From: an uncultured Saprospiraceae bacterium
Lineage (GTDB): Bacteria; Bacteroidota; Bacteroidia; Chitinophagales; Saprospiraceae
Length of the DNA stretch: 48,834 nucleotides
Direction of reading: 5' to 3'
NCBI GenBank assembly: GCA_964551455.1
Contig: CAZKDA010000006.1
Location: forward strand, 1-48,834
Part shown: positions 17,668-25,842 of the stretch, one piece after another
Layout: every line of letters starts with the position of its first letter
Position numbering within the stretch: position 1 is the first letter of the stretch
The notes under the pieces: model-generated
What the model was told of the DNA's origin: nothing
Seen by the model: the letters and a program-made list of their open reading frames with translations, nothing else
The model's database searches: none
Made by a program: the position numbers and the translations under genes

Positions 17668-19439
17668 TATCTGCCTGCTTTTGTTACGTTGTATAAAAAT
17701 TTCTGCATGTCCCATGCGGCTGTCGGGCATCGTTCGGCACATAAGCCACAATGCAGGCAAACATCTTCATCCTTTACCATTACTCTTTTGGTTGGAAGCA
17801 TATTTGAAACATAGAGGTCTTGCGACAGGTTTATAGCAGGGGCATTCAACCGCATTCGCAATTCCTCTTCTTCCCCGTTGTTTGTAAAAGTGATGCAGGA
17901 GGTCGGGCAGATATCCACACAGGCATCGCATTCGATACATAGATCGGTGTGAAAAACCGTTTGAACATCGCAATTCAAACAACGTTGCGCCTCCTTGAAG
18001 CCAAGCGTTTCGTCGAAGCCCAACTCCACTTCCACTTTTCTGTCTTTCAGCGCTATGGCATTTTCCTGGTGAGGAACTTTGTAGCGAAGATCCGGAACGA
18101 CCGGGCTGTCGTAAATCCACTCATGGATTCCCATTTTCTGGCTGATGAGGTTTACCATTGGGGAGGGACGGTTGGCGATATTGGCGCCCTGGCAGAACAG
18201 GTCGATGGAAATGGCAGCCTGATGCCCGTGCGCTACTGCCGTGATCACATTTTCGGGGCCGAAAGCTGCATCTCCGCCAAAAAAAACATGGGGCAAAGTG
18301 GATTGAAAAGTGGTTTTATCCAAAACGGGCAAGTCCCATTTTCCGAACTCAATGCCGATGTCTCTTTCGATCCAGGGGAAAGCATTGTCCTGACCAATGG
18401 CAATCATCACATCGTCGGCTTCAATGAATACATCGGGTTCGCCGGTGGGAATTAGTTTTCGCCTGCCGTTTTCATCATATTCTGCTCTCACTTTTTCAAA
18501 CCATACGCCTTTGAGTTTTCCTTTTTCGACGACAAATTCTTTTGGAGGCATATTATTTAAAATGGGAATATCCTCGCGTTGCGCATCTTCGATTTCCCAG
18601 GGAGAAGCTTTCATGTCTTCAAAAGGACTGCGAACAACCACAGTCACCTGCTCTCCGCCAAGTCTTCGCGAGGTTCGGCAACAATCCATAGCAGTATTCC
18701 CGCCTCCGAGCACGATGACTTTTTTGCCTACTTTTTTAACATGTTCAAAAGCTACGCCCGCCAAAAACTCGATACCGATGTGAATATTTTTTTCAGCTTC
18801 CTTTCTGCCGGGAATATCGAGATCACGTCCTTTCGGCGCTCCTGTGCCCACAAAAATAGCATCGTAATCCTTTTTCAGCATTGCCTTCATACTTTTCACA
18901 AAAGTATTGAAATGCGTATGAATGCCCATATCGAGGATGTAATCCACTTCCTCATCCAGAACCGATTCGGGAAGCCGGAAGGCAGGTATTTGCGTACGCA
19001 TCATTCCGCCGCCTTTGTTCCACTCGTCATAAAGATGGATTTCATAGCCCAGCGGGGCGAGGTCTCTGGCAACGGTAAGCGAGGCAGGTCCTCCGCCAAT
19101 CAGGGCTATTTTTTTACCATTTTTTTCTTTTGGAATGGCAGGCATCAGGTGTTTCACCTCGCCTTTATGATCGGCAGCCACCCTTTTGAGGCGGCAAATT
19201 GCTACGGGTTCTTCTTCGATCCTTCCGCGGCGGCAGGCAGGTTCGCAGGGACGGTCGCAGGTTCTGCCCAATATCCCCGGAAAAACATTCGATTCCCAGT
19301 TGATCATATACGCTTCGGTATATTTTTCCGCGGCGATCAGCCGGATGTATTCCGGAACAGGCGTGTGGGCAGGACAAGCATACTGACAATCCACTACTTT
19401 ATGAAAATACTCAGGGTTCTTTATATCAGTAGGTTTCAA
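17667..19439 (-). CDS. GltD/NfnB-like NAD(P)H-FAD oxidoreductase fused to a C-terminal 2x[4Fe-4S] ferredoxin domain (KorC-like)
   Basis: 590-aa ORF. It has a GltD-type N-terminal Fe-S region (CQYACPAHTPVPEYI...GRTCDRPCEPAC) and two Rossmann GxGxxG/A motifs (IALIGGGPASL; VIVLGGGNTAMDC). The C-terminus has CIECDACVDICP and CLHCGLCAERCP. It is the first gene of the kor operon. Confidence 0.75.
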   Translation of the reverse strand: MKPTDIKNPEYFHKVVDCQYACPAHTPVPEYIRLIAAEKYTEAYMINWESNVFPGILGRTCDRPCEPACRRGRIEEEPVAICRLKRVAADHKGEVKHLMPAIPKEKNGKKIALIGGGPASLTVARDLAPLGYEIHLYDEWNKGGGMMRTQIPAFRLPESVLDEEVDYILDMGIHTHFNTFVKSMKAMLKKDYDAIFVGTGAPKGRDLDIPGRKEAEKNIHIGIEFLAGVAFEHVKKVGKKVIVLGGGNTAMDCCRTSRRLGGEQVTVVVRSPFEDMKASPWEIEDAQREDIPILNNMPPKEFVVEKGKLKGVWFEKVRAEYDENGRRKLIPTGEPDVFIEADDVMIAIGQDNAFPWIERDIGIEFGKWDLPVLDKTTFQSTLPHVFFGGDAAFGPENVITAVAHGHQAAISIDLFCQGANIANRPSPMVNLISQKMGIHEWIYDSPVVPDLRYKVPHQENAIALKDRKVEVELGFDETLGFKEAQRCLNCDVQTVFHTDLCIECDACVDICPTSCITFTNNGEEEELRMRLNAPAINLSQDLYVSNMLPTKRVMVKDEDVCLHCGLCAERCPTAAWDMQKFLYNVTKAGR

Positions 19440-19648
19440 AATTTTTAATTCTGCGTTTTTATAATAAGTTTTTGCAATTTAACGCAGAAATTTAGAAAAC
19501 CAAAAGGATACTTCAAAATTAAATATATTTTGCAAATATGATTTGGAAAGAGGTAGTCATTTTGTAATATCGGCTATGCCTTTTCATTGATTTTGTACTA
19601 AAACAATTCATGTGGTATGATCCTGATTTTAATTCTTGGGCAATTTGA

Positions 19649-19802
19649 GTGAACGGTGAACGGTGAACGGTGAACGGTGAACAGTGAACAGAAAACAGTG
19701 AACAGTGAACGGTGAACAGTGAACAGAAAACAGTGAACAGTGAACAGAAAACAGAAAACAGAAAACAGAAAACAGAAAACAGAAAACAGAAAACAGTGAA
19801 CA
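19649..19802. repeat. heptamer tandem array, 22 units (GTGAACG/GTGAACA/GAAAACA)
   Basis: Counted by eye with no spacers. The order is 4x GTGAACG, then mixed GTGAACA/GAAAACA, then 7 consecutive GAAAACA (19747-19795), then one GTGAACA. Confidence 0.9.
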
Positions 19803-19884
19803 GAGGACAAGAGTTGGAGATTGATAGCCAAGATAGTACAGGTGAACCCGCCCGTACCGGAACGGGCAGGTTGCAATTCGCCTC

Positions 19885-19950
19885 AACAACTCTCGAACAG
19901 CTTAACAACTTCACAACTTTCCGACTTCCCAACTCAACAACTCAACAAAA
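19885..19950. repeat. degenerate A/C-rich 8-nt repeat block (CAACAACT/TTCACAAC/CTCAACAA)
   Basis: caacaactctcgaacagcttaacaacttcacaactttccgacttcccaactcaacaactcaacaa. It contains the 12-mer ttccgacttccc, also present at 46544-46555. Confidence 0.55.
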
Positions 19951-20014
19951 AAGCCAGCCCTCGTTGGAGAGCCAGCTTTGTCAACCTGTTTATGTACAAA
20001 AATGAGGTTAGGGT

Positions 20015-20959
20015 CTATAAATTGTTGGGCAGGATCACTTTGTCGATCACATGGATCACGCCATTGGTTGCCTGCACGTCGGTAAGCACCACAGTGGCAA
20101 GATTGCCACCTGAATCGGTGATGGTAACTTCATTTCCTAAATTCACGGTAAAAGTGCCTGTATTGACAGTCGTGACTTCCATCCCGTCGGAAAGCGCAGT
20201 CGAGCGAACGTTTCCGGCTAACACGTGGTAAGTCAGCACTTTGGCAAGTTGTTCGGCGCCTAGCGTAGCGGTCACGTCTTCGATCTCTTCAAAAGCGCTG
20301 TTCAGAGGAGCAAACACCGTGAAAGGCCCATCACCCTGCAAAACGGAAACGAGGTCACCATCTGCTGCTTCAAGCGCACCGACCAGCTCTGTGAAAGCGC
20401 TATTGGCCGAGGCATGTCCTACCAAATCCAAAGGCAGGAGCACCGCATCCACCGCGTGGATGACACCATTGGTGGCGGTGATATCAGCGGTGGTCACGTT
20501 AGCATTGCCGTTTATCATCACGTCGGCGCCTGATTTTTCAATCAGCAGTGAAAGCTGGTTATTATCGGGGCCGGTAGTGGCAGCGGTCGTCGCATAAGTC
20601 TGACCGGTAGCAATATCGCCGGAGGCTACTCTGGCCGCGAGAACGTGGTAAAGCAGAATTTCCGTAAGGTCTTCATCAGAAATAGCGTTGAGATCGACAC
20701 CGAGGGCGCTGAAGGCAGCATTCGTCGGAGCAAAAACGGTAAACGGGCCGTCACCTTCAAGCACCGACACAAGATCAACGCGCTGTAATGCGCTTACCAG
20801 TGTACTGAAATTGTCATTGCCGGAAGCAATTTCAACAATATTTTGCGGTTCGGGATCGGGATCAGGTGTAGGGTCGTTTTCCTTTTTGCAGGAATTTACA
20901 AACAAAGGCAAGGCGAGGAGTAGTAAAAGCCAGTTGAGATTAAATTTTGAGTTTTTCAT
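20015..20959 (-). CDS. fasciclin (2x FAS1) domain lipoprotein
   Basis: Lipoprotein signal (LLLLLALPLFVNSC). There are two FAS1 units, each with FTVFAP(T/L)N.AF and GVIH(A/V)(V/I)D motifs. The start is taken at MKNSKF (20959); an upstream ATG at 20980 is possible. Confidence 0.85.
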   Translation of the reverse strand: MKNSKFNLNWLLLLLALPLFVNSCKKENDPTPDPDPEPQNIVEIASGNDNFSTLVSALQRVDLVSVLEGDGPFTVFAPTNAAFSALGVDLNAISDEDLTEILLYHVLAARVASGDIATGQTYATTAATTGPDNNQLSLLIEKSGADVMINGNANVTTADITATNGVIHAVDAVLLPLDLVGHASANSAFTELVGALEAADGDLVSVLQGDGPFTVFAPLNSAFEEIEDVTATLGAEQLAKVLTYHVLAGNVRSTALSDGMEVTTVNTGTFTVNLGNEVTITDSGGNLATVVLTDVQATNGVIHVIDKVILPNNL

Positions 20960-21062
20960 TGGATAAGCAGTTTTGAACATGATTTTAAAATTATTTTCTC
21001 AACTGAAACACCAATGATATATTTTTGTTTATCGGTTTAAATATATTAGTTAAACAAAAAAA

Positions 21063-21755
21063 TCATAATACTTCAAAAAACCTTTTGATCCAACCTGCCA
21101 CTAATTTCCCATCGGTTGGAATTGTTAAACTTTCCATTGCGCTGTTCACTTTTTCAGTACCGATGTTTTCGATGCGTTCTTTCAGTAAAATTTCTTCATA
21201 TTTTTTTGGAAATTCAGGATGCGCCTGGATGCCCAGCATGGTTTCTCCTACTTTGAACATCCCCACGGGGCATTGATCGGTTTTTGATAAAACCTTACTG
21301 TTTTCAGGCACTTCAACAACCTGATCCTGGCACATCATCAATAAATTTATTTCTACCTGAAAGGGGATCATCCAATTTTCTTCGGCGAGCATTTCAAATC
21401 GATGAACCCCTACATTCCAACCGCCGGGGCTTTTCATCACCCTGCCTCCCAATGCTTCGCCTAGCATCTGGTGACCAAAACAAACACCTACATAAGGCTT
21501 TTGATTTTCATGAAGTCGCTTGACAAAAAGTTTTAAATGTTTAATCCAATCAATATTTTCATAAACAGAATTTCTTGACCCCGTACACATAAAACCATCG
21601 CATTCGTCAAGCGAATCAGGAAATTGCCCGTTGCAAACATCGTAGTTTCGAAATTCAAATTCCGGCAAAAGCGCTGAAAACATATCGCGGTAATCGCCGC
21701 CAATATGCAGAAATCGCTGAGGTACATGGTCGCATTCGAAGAGTCCGATTTTCAT
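21063..21755 (-). CDS. class I glutamine amidotransferase-like protein
   Basis: 230-aa ORF with the nucleophile elbow GVCFGHQ and the His/Glu region GIQAHPEF. Confidence 0.75.
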   Translation of the reverse strand: MKIGLFECDHVPQRFLHIGGDYRDMFSALLPEFEFRNYDVCNGQFPDSLDECDGFMCTGSRNSVYENIDWIKHLKLFVKRLHENQKPYVGVCFGHQMLGEALGGRVMKSPGGWNVGVHRFEMLAEENWMIPFQVEINLLMMCQDQVVEVPENSKVLSKTDQCPVGMFKVGETMLGIQAHPEFPKKYEEILLKERIENIGTEKVNSAMESLTIPTDGKLVAGWIKRFFEVL

Positions 21756-21840
21756 GCGGTTCAGAGTTTATGGTTTGTAGTCTGCCTTTGTCAGGCAGGT
21801 TTTCCCCGAAACGAGTATATTTACACGCTAAGTAAAATAA

Positions 21841-22194
21841 ATGAACATTAAGACGATGAAAATCTATCATAATCCAAGGTGTCGTAAAAGTAGAGAAACC
21901 CTCGAATTGCTCCAAGAAAAAGGGGTAGAACCTGAAGTAATCCTTTACCTGGAAAATCCTCCAACGAAACAGGAACTCAAATCCGTACTGGAAATGCTGG
22001 GCATCAGACCGGAGCAACTCGTGCGGAAAGGAGAACCGGTTTTTAAGGAAAAATTCAAAGATAAAAAGCTGACGGACGCGCAATGGATCGATGCCATGAT
22101 CGCTAATCCGAAGTTGATCGAACGCCCCATTGTCGTCGAAAAATGCAGGGCCGTCATCGGCAGGCCTCCTGAAAATGTTTTGCAACTGATCTGA
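21841..22194 (+). CDS. arsC: arsenate reductase, glutaredoxin-coupled ArsC family
   Basis: Close by-eye match to E. coli ArsC: IYHNPRC(R)KSR..L, ILYLENPP, L(V)RK, I(E)RPIVV, IGRP. The start may be the ATG at 21856 (MKIYHNP). Confidence 0.8.
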   Translation: MNIKTMKIYHNPRCRKSRETLELLQEKGVEPEVILYLENPPTKQELKSVLEMLGIRPEQLVRKGEPVFKEKFKDKKLTDAQWIDAMIANPKLIERPIVVEKCRAVIGRPPENVLQLI

Positions 22195-22230
22195 TCGTCG
22201 AATTTTCTATCAGATAAAAAATCAAAAAAT

Positions 22231-22932
22231 ATGAAAGCCAAAATTTTACAACTCTGCTTAGTTTTCGTAACAGGTACTTCGGTTCTCTTTGCCCAATCTC
22301 ACGATCCGGATGCAAATTATTTGCTGATCGGCTTTGCTCCGCTCAATTTGATCGAACCCAGAACGAGTACCTGGGAAAACTCCCTTGAGGTGCAATTCAA
22401 TAATTATTTCAGCCTGGAAGCCAGAGTAGGACTGAAGTTTACTGCGCTCCATAAATTGGTGTATGATGAAAATCAACAAATACAAAACAATCGCTACTTC
22501 GATTATAAATTGGGCATAAGGCACCTGATCGCCAAAAAAAGAGATTTCAGAAAACGGGCTAATATTTTCCTCGGGCTGGAATATTTCCACCTCAGGCAGG
22601 ATTATGAAGTCATTGATGACTATTACTTTTTGAATGAACATCGTTACCGCTTTGACTTTGCAAAGTTCCGTCGGCGAGTGAATGGACTGAGAGCAAAATT
22701 CGGTTTGCTGCTCTTTGGGGGGGATCGCTGGGTTTTTGAATTTTTTACAGGCACGGGGATCAAGGAGGTGTCGAATGAGTATTATGATATCGTCAATGAG
22801 CGGGTTTATAACCCCAATTTTTTTGAATATCTTTTTCGTATCGAACCATCAGCAAGATATCAAAGTGATCGATTCCACCCGGATTTTTTCATTGGATTTA
22901 AGATCAGCTACAAGATCCTCCGGTGGAACTAA
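22231..22932 (+). CDS. hypothetical exported protein, possibly an outer-membrane beta-barrel
   Basis: 233-aa ORF with a signal peptide (LCLVFVTGTSVLFAQ). It has an aromatic/Gly-rich alternating pattern and an aromatic C-terminus (ISYKILRWN). Confidence 0.45.
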   Translation: MKAKILQLCLVFVTGTSVLFAQSHDPDANYLLIGFAPLNLIEPRTSTWENSLEVQFNNYFSLEARVGLKFTALHKLVYDENQQIQNNRYFDYKLGIRHLIAKKRDFRKRANIFLGLEYFHLRQDYEVIDDYYFLNEHRYRFDFAKFRRRVNGLRAKFGLLLFGGDRWVFEFFTGTGIKEVSNEYYDIVNERVYNPNFFEYLFRIEPSARYQSDRFHPDFFIGFKISYKILRWN

Positions 22933-22952
22933 TGCCTTTTGCGGCTTTTAAG

Positions 22953-23879
22953 TCATTTGCTTCTTTCGGATTGTGAAGTGCTGTCTTCAATAAACCGGAT
23001 GATCTCCGGAACTTTTGCAGGGTGGAAGGTCATCCAGTGGTCGTCTTTTCTCAGCCAGGTCATTTGGCGTTTGGCGTAGCGGCGTGAGTTTCTTTTGATG
23101 AGTTCGATGGCCTCTTCGCGGCTGATCTTGTTTTCAAAATAATCGAAGAACTCCTGGTAACCGACGGTTTGTAATGGAGTCAGATGTTTCAGCGGGAAAA
23201 GCGCTCTGGCTTCGACTTCCAGGCCGCCTTCGATCATCTGATCTACGCGGCGGTTGATCCTGTCGTAAAGCTGGTCGCGATCCATATCCAGGCTGAGGTA
23301 GATGATCCCGTAGGTTCGTTTGTTTTTTTTTCCTTTCAGAAAAATTGAAAATGGCTTTCCGCTTACCCGGCATACCTCGATGGCGCGGATGAGCCGCCGC
23401 GGGTTGTTTTGGTCAACTACTTCAAAATATTCAGGATCGGTAGCGCGCAATTCTTTTTGCAAAGCTTCGATCCCTTCTTTTTCAAACAGATCGTTGATTT
23501 CCTCCCTGACGTTTGCAGGGATTTTCGGAAAATGGTCGAGACCCTCACAAGCAGCTTTGATAAACAATCCTGAACCACCCGCCATTACAACCACATTGTG
23601 TTTTTTAAAAAGTTGCGACAAGAGATTTTGGACTTCTTTTTCAAAATCGCCCGCCGTGTAGCGGTCGTGGATGCTCAGTGAATCGATAAAGTGGTGTGGA
23701 ATGCCCGCAAGCGATGCTTGATCGGGTTTGGCGGTGCCGATGTTCATTTCACGATAAAACTGGCGGCTATCGGCAGAGATGATCTCTGTTTTAAAATGCC
23801 GGGCAATTTTGATGGCAACATCTGTTTTTCCAATTGCCGTAGGGCCGGACAACACTACCAGGTATTTTTTTGAATGCAT
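22953..23879 (-). CDS. miaA: tRNA dimethylallyltransferase
   Basis: 308-aa ORF with a P-loop (GPTAIGKTDVAI), SADSRQ(F)YREMNIGTAKP and GGSGL(F)I, the canonical MiaA blocks. Confidence 0.9.
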   Translation of the reverse strand: MHSKKYLVVLSGPTAIGKTDVAIKIARHFKTEIISADSRQFYREMNIGTAKPDQASLAGIPHHFIDSLSIHDRYTAGDFEKEVQNLLSQLFKKHNVVVMAGGSGLFIKAACEGLDHFPKIPANVREEINDLFEKEGIEALQKELRATDPEYFEVVDQNNPRRLIRAIEVCRVSGKPFSIFLKGKKNKRTYGIIYLSLDMDRDQLYDRINRRVDQMIEGGLEVEARALFPLKHLTPLQTVGYQEFFDYFENKISREEAIELIKRNSRRYAKRQMTWLRKDDHWMTFHPAKVPEIIRFIEDSTSQSERSK

Positions 23880-24269
23880 GTTGCGAAATTAAACACCTCA
23901 ACATAAATAATCGACACGTTTACTTCTTAATTTAACGGGGTCACTTCAAAGTTTCAAAGTTACGGAGTGCCCCCGTAACTTTATTTTCAACCTGAATCAC
24001 GCTAACCCGCCCGTACCCGCCCACATGACGCAGTAGGGCTGGTCTGTGTATTCCGTGAGGATTAAAAAATGCGTTAACCTTTTGCTGCACCGGTATTTTT
24101 AGCCGATTGTCAGGGAGTTACAACACTGATATTGAAAATAAAAAAGAATTTCTGTTCCATTGCTGCACAAAAAGAGTTCAGAGGCAATATTTTATAGGAA
24201 AGTTCTTATTATTGCAAGGGATAATACATGAATTAGTCGCTTTAGTTTATAGTATCAAAATAAAGATTG

Positions 24270-24923
24270 ATGAGTTCTGACCAGAAGCAACACGTGATCA
24301 AACACGTTGCCATTGCCGGAAATATCGGGGCCGGAAAAACGACGCTTTGTACACAGCTTGGAAAACATTTCGGCTGGCATATTCATTACGAATCTACTGA
24401 TAACAATCCCTACCTGAGCGATTTTTACAACAATATGCAGCGGTGGTCTTTCAATTTGCAGATCTATTTCCTCAACAACCGCTACCGCCAGATCATCAAT
24501 ATTCAGAAAGGCGATAAAACGGTCATTCAGGATCGCACGATCTATGAAGACGCCTACATCTTTGCTCCCAACCTGCACGATATGGGTTTGATGACGAGCC
24601 GCGATTTTCAAAATTACCACGACTTGTTCCAACTGATGATGTCGCAGGTGCAGGCTCCCGACCTGATGATATACCTCAAAGCGGATATTTCAACGCTGGT
24701 GTCTCATATCCAGTCGAGGGGCAGAGAATACGAAGGCAGCATGAGCCTGGATTACCTCAAACGGCTCAACGAAAGATATGAAAGCTGGATCAACGAATAC
24801 AAGGAAGGCAATTTATTGATAATCAACGCTAATGAAGTTGATTTCAAAAACAACCCGGAAGACCTGGGGAAAGTGGTCAATATGGTTCAGGCAGAGTTGC
24901 ACGGCCTTTTTAAAAAACCTTAG
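24270..24923 (+). CDS. deoxynucleoside kinase
   Basis: P-loop IAGNIGAGKTT, then E(S).....PYL..FY, and a DR(T)IYED-type motif (QDRTIYEDAYIF). The lid region has RGREYE. ATG at 24270; the track ORF begins at a TTG at 24267. Confidence 0.85.
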   Translation: MSSDQKQHVIKHVAIAGNIGAGKTTLCTQLGKHFGWHIHYESTDNNPYLSDFYNNMQRWSFNLQIYFLNNRYRQIINIQKGDKTVIQDRTIYEDAYIFAPNLHDMGLMTSRDFQNYHDLFQLMMSQVQAPDLMIYLKADISTLVSHIQSRGREYEGSMSLDYLKRLNERYESWINEYKEGNLLIINANEVDFKNNPEDLGKVVNMVQAELHGLFKKP

Positions 24924-24946
24924 CCTTGTCAAAGGCTTTGATTTTG
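24922..24946 (+). terminator. weak hairpin + T-rich tail after the deoxynucleoside kinase gene
   Basis: agcctt (24922-24927) / aaggct (24932-24937) followed by ttgattttg. The stem is short and A/T-containing. Confidence 0.3.
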
Positions 24947-25026
24947 CATTAAAACTTTCCATGATTTAACTTCCCAGTAAGACTTTAGCCGAAATACCTT
25001 TCGTTGTTATGGTAAATTGAGAGATT

Positions 25027-25257
25027 ATGCGCTATTATGATGATTCAAAATCGGAAAGAAAAAATCACCGGATCGCTGTTTTGGTGACTATCGCAATTTA
25101 TTTCATGGTGTTTACAGGGATCGTCTTTGCAAGTCAGCCGGAGCTTCTGCCGGATTTTGTAAAAGAATGGTTGGAAATTGAAAGCTCAGAGGGGCAGGAA
25201 AATATCAAACAAGAACTGCCTGCGGAGCAAAGTAGCAAAAAAGATGAAAAAGCCTGA
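25027..25257 (+). CDS. small single-pass membrane protein (hypothetical)
   Basis: 76-aa ORF with one TM helix (IAVLVTIAIYFMVFTGIVFA) and an acidic/Lys-rich tail. It is short, so coding status is uncertain. Confidence 0.4.
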   Translation: MRYYDDSKSERKNHRIAVLVTIAIYFMVFTGIVFASQPELLPDFVKEWLEIESSEGQENIKQELPAEQSSKKDEKA

Positions 25258-25402
25258 ACAAAGTGGGATAAGGCATGAAATGAAGGGCATTTCGGAGCTA
25301 CAAACTTGTTCACCGAAACTAAGATTTCAGAGAACCCTAAACTTTTGGAAGCCACTATCCACCCAATGTTTTTATACCCATTTTGTAGTGCGTTTTTTAT
25401 TT

Positions 25403-25567
25403 TAGGGGACTTCTAAAAATTCAAAAATCTTAACCGCAAAGATCGCGAAGGTTTTTCGCAAAGATCGCAAGAGATTGATTATCAGCAATTAAAAACGTTT
25501 TTCCATTAGATTGAGATTGCAAATCCCGACAAATCGGGAGATGAGGCAATTTTTAGAAGTTCCCTTT
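25403..25567. repeat. MITE-like element with ~18-nt terminal inverted repeats
   Basis: Left end aggggacttctaaaaatt (25404-25421) and right end aatttttagaagttccct (25549-25566) form an inverted repeat with 1 mismatch. Internally there are gcaaagatcgc direct repeats and hairpin tcccgacaaatcggga (25524-25539). It lies between convergent genes. Confidence 0.7.
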
Positions 25568-25576
25568 AGAGTATGT

Positions 25577-25774
25577 TTAATTCTTCTTTTTAATTGGGGC
25601 TAATAAGAGATAGAATATCCAGGCAAACCAAGAGATAAAAAGAACGGCGAGAATCCAAGCTAATTTTTCACTTCCTGTCGTTTTTCCAGAAAATAGGATT
25701 GAGATTAACGGTATCAGCCAAACAAATCCAATAAATAGCCATACTAACAACATTGTTCCTGATGAATCATCCAT
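25577..25774 (-). CDS. small two-TM membrane protein (PLD-nuclease-N-terminal-like)
   Basis: 65-aa ORF with two hydrophobic helices and a Trp-rich LAWILAVLFISWFAWIFYLLL segment, then KKKN. The family assignment is tentative. Confidence 0.4.
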   Translation of the reverse strand: MDDSSGTMLLVWLFIGFVWLIPLISILFSGKTTGSEKLAWILAVLFISWFAWIFYLLLAPIKKKN

Positions 25775-25842
25775 TTTATTTTAGGTTTTTCAATCTAATT
25801 TTAATTCAAAATTCGGATAATTGTTTTGAAATGCACTTCTAA

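Noticed and set aside
17668-17760. 31-codon N-terminal extension of korA in the ORF track (MPALWLMCRTMPDSR...)
   Set aside because: The extension lies entirely inside the upstream flavoprotein gene. The ATG at 17667 gives the conserved KorA N-terminus and a TAATG stop/start overlap.
15877-19448. Plus-strand ORFs of 168-289 aa antisense to korA and the GltD-like gene (15877-16641, 16669-17340, 17949-18455, 18579-19448)
   Set aside because: They are shadow ORFs opposite strongly supported genes, with no motifs. The same applies to 11289-11921 and 12513-13037 (antisense to the S46 peptidase) and to 43535-44263 (antisense to the ABC exporter).
19519-19932. Three overlapping minus-strand ORFs (137, 92, 86 aa) and a plus-strand 97-aa ORF encoding FTVHRSPFTV / NSEQKTV-type peptides
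   Set aside because: They are simply translations of the heptamer array in different frames. They have no start context and are entirely low-complexity. The open frames follow from the repeat having no stop codons.
21841-22194. arsC as part of an arsenic-resistance operon
   Set aside because: No arsR, arsB/acr3 or arsA is adjacent. The neighbours are unrelated (a GATase and an OM-like protein), so only the single gene is called.
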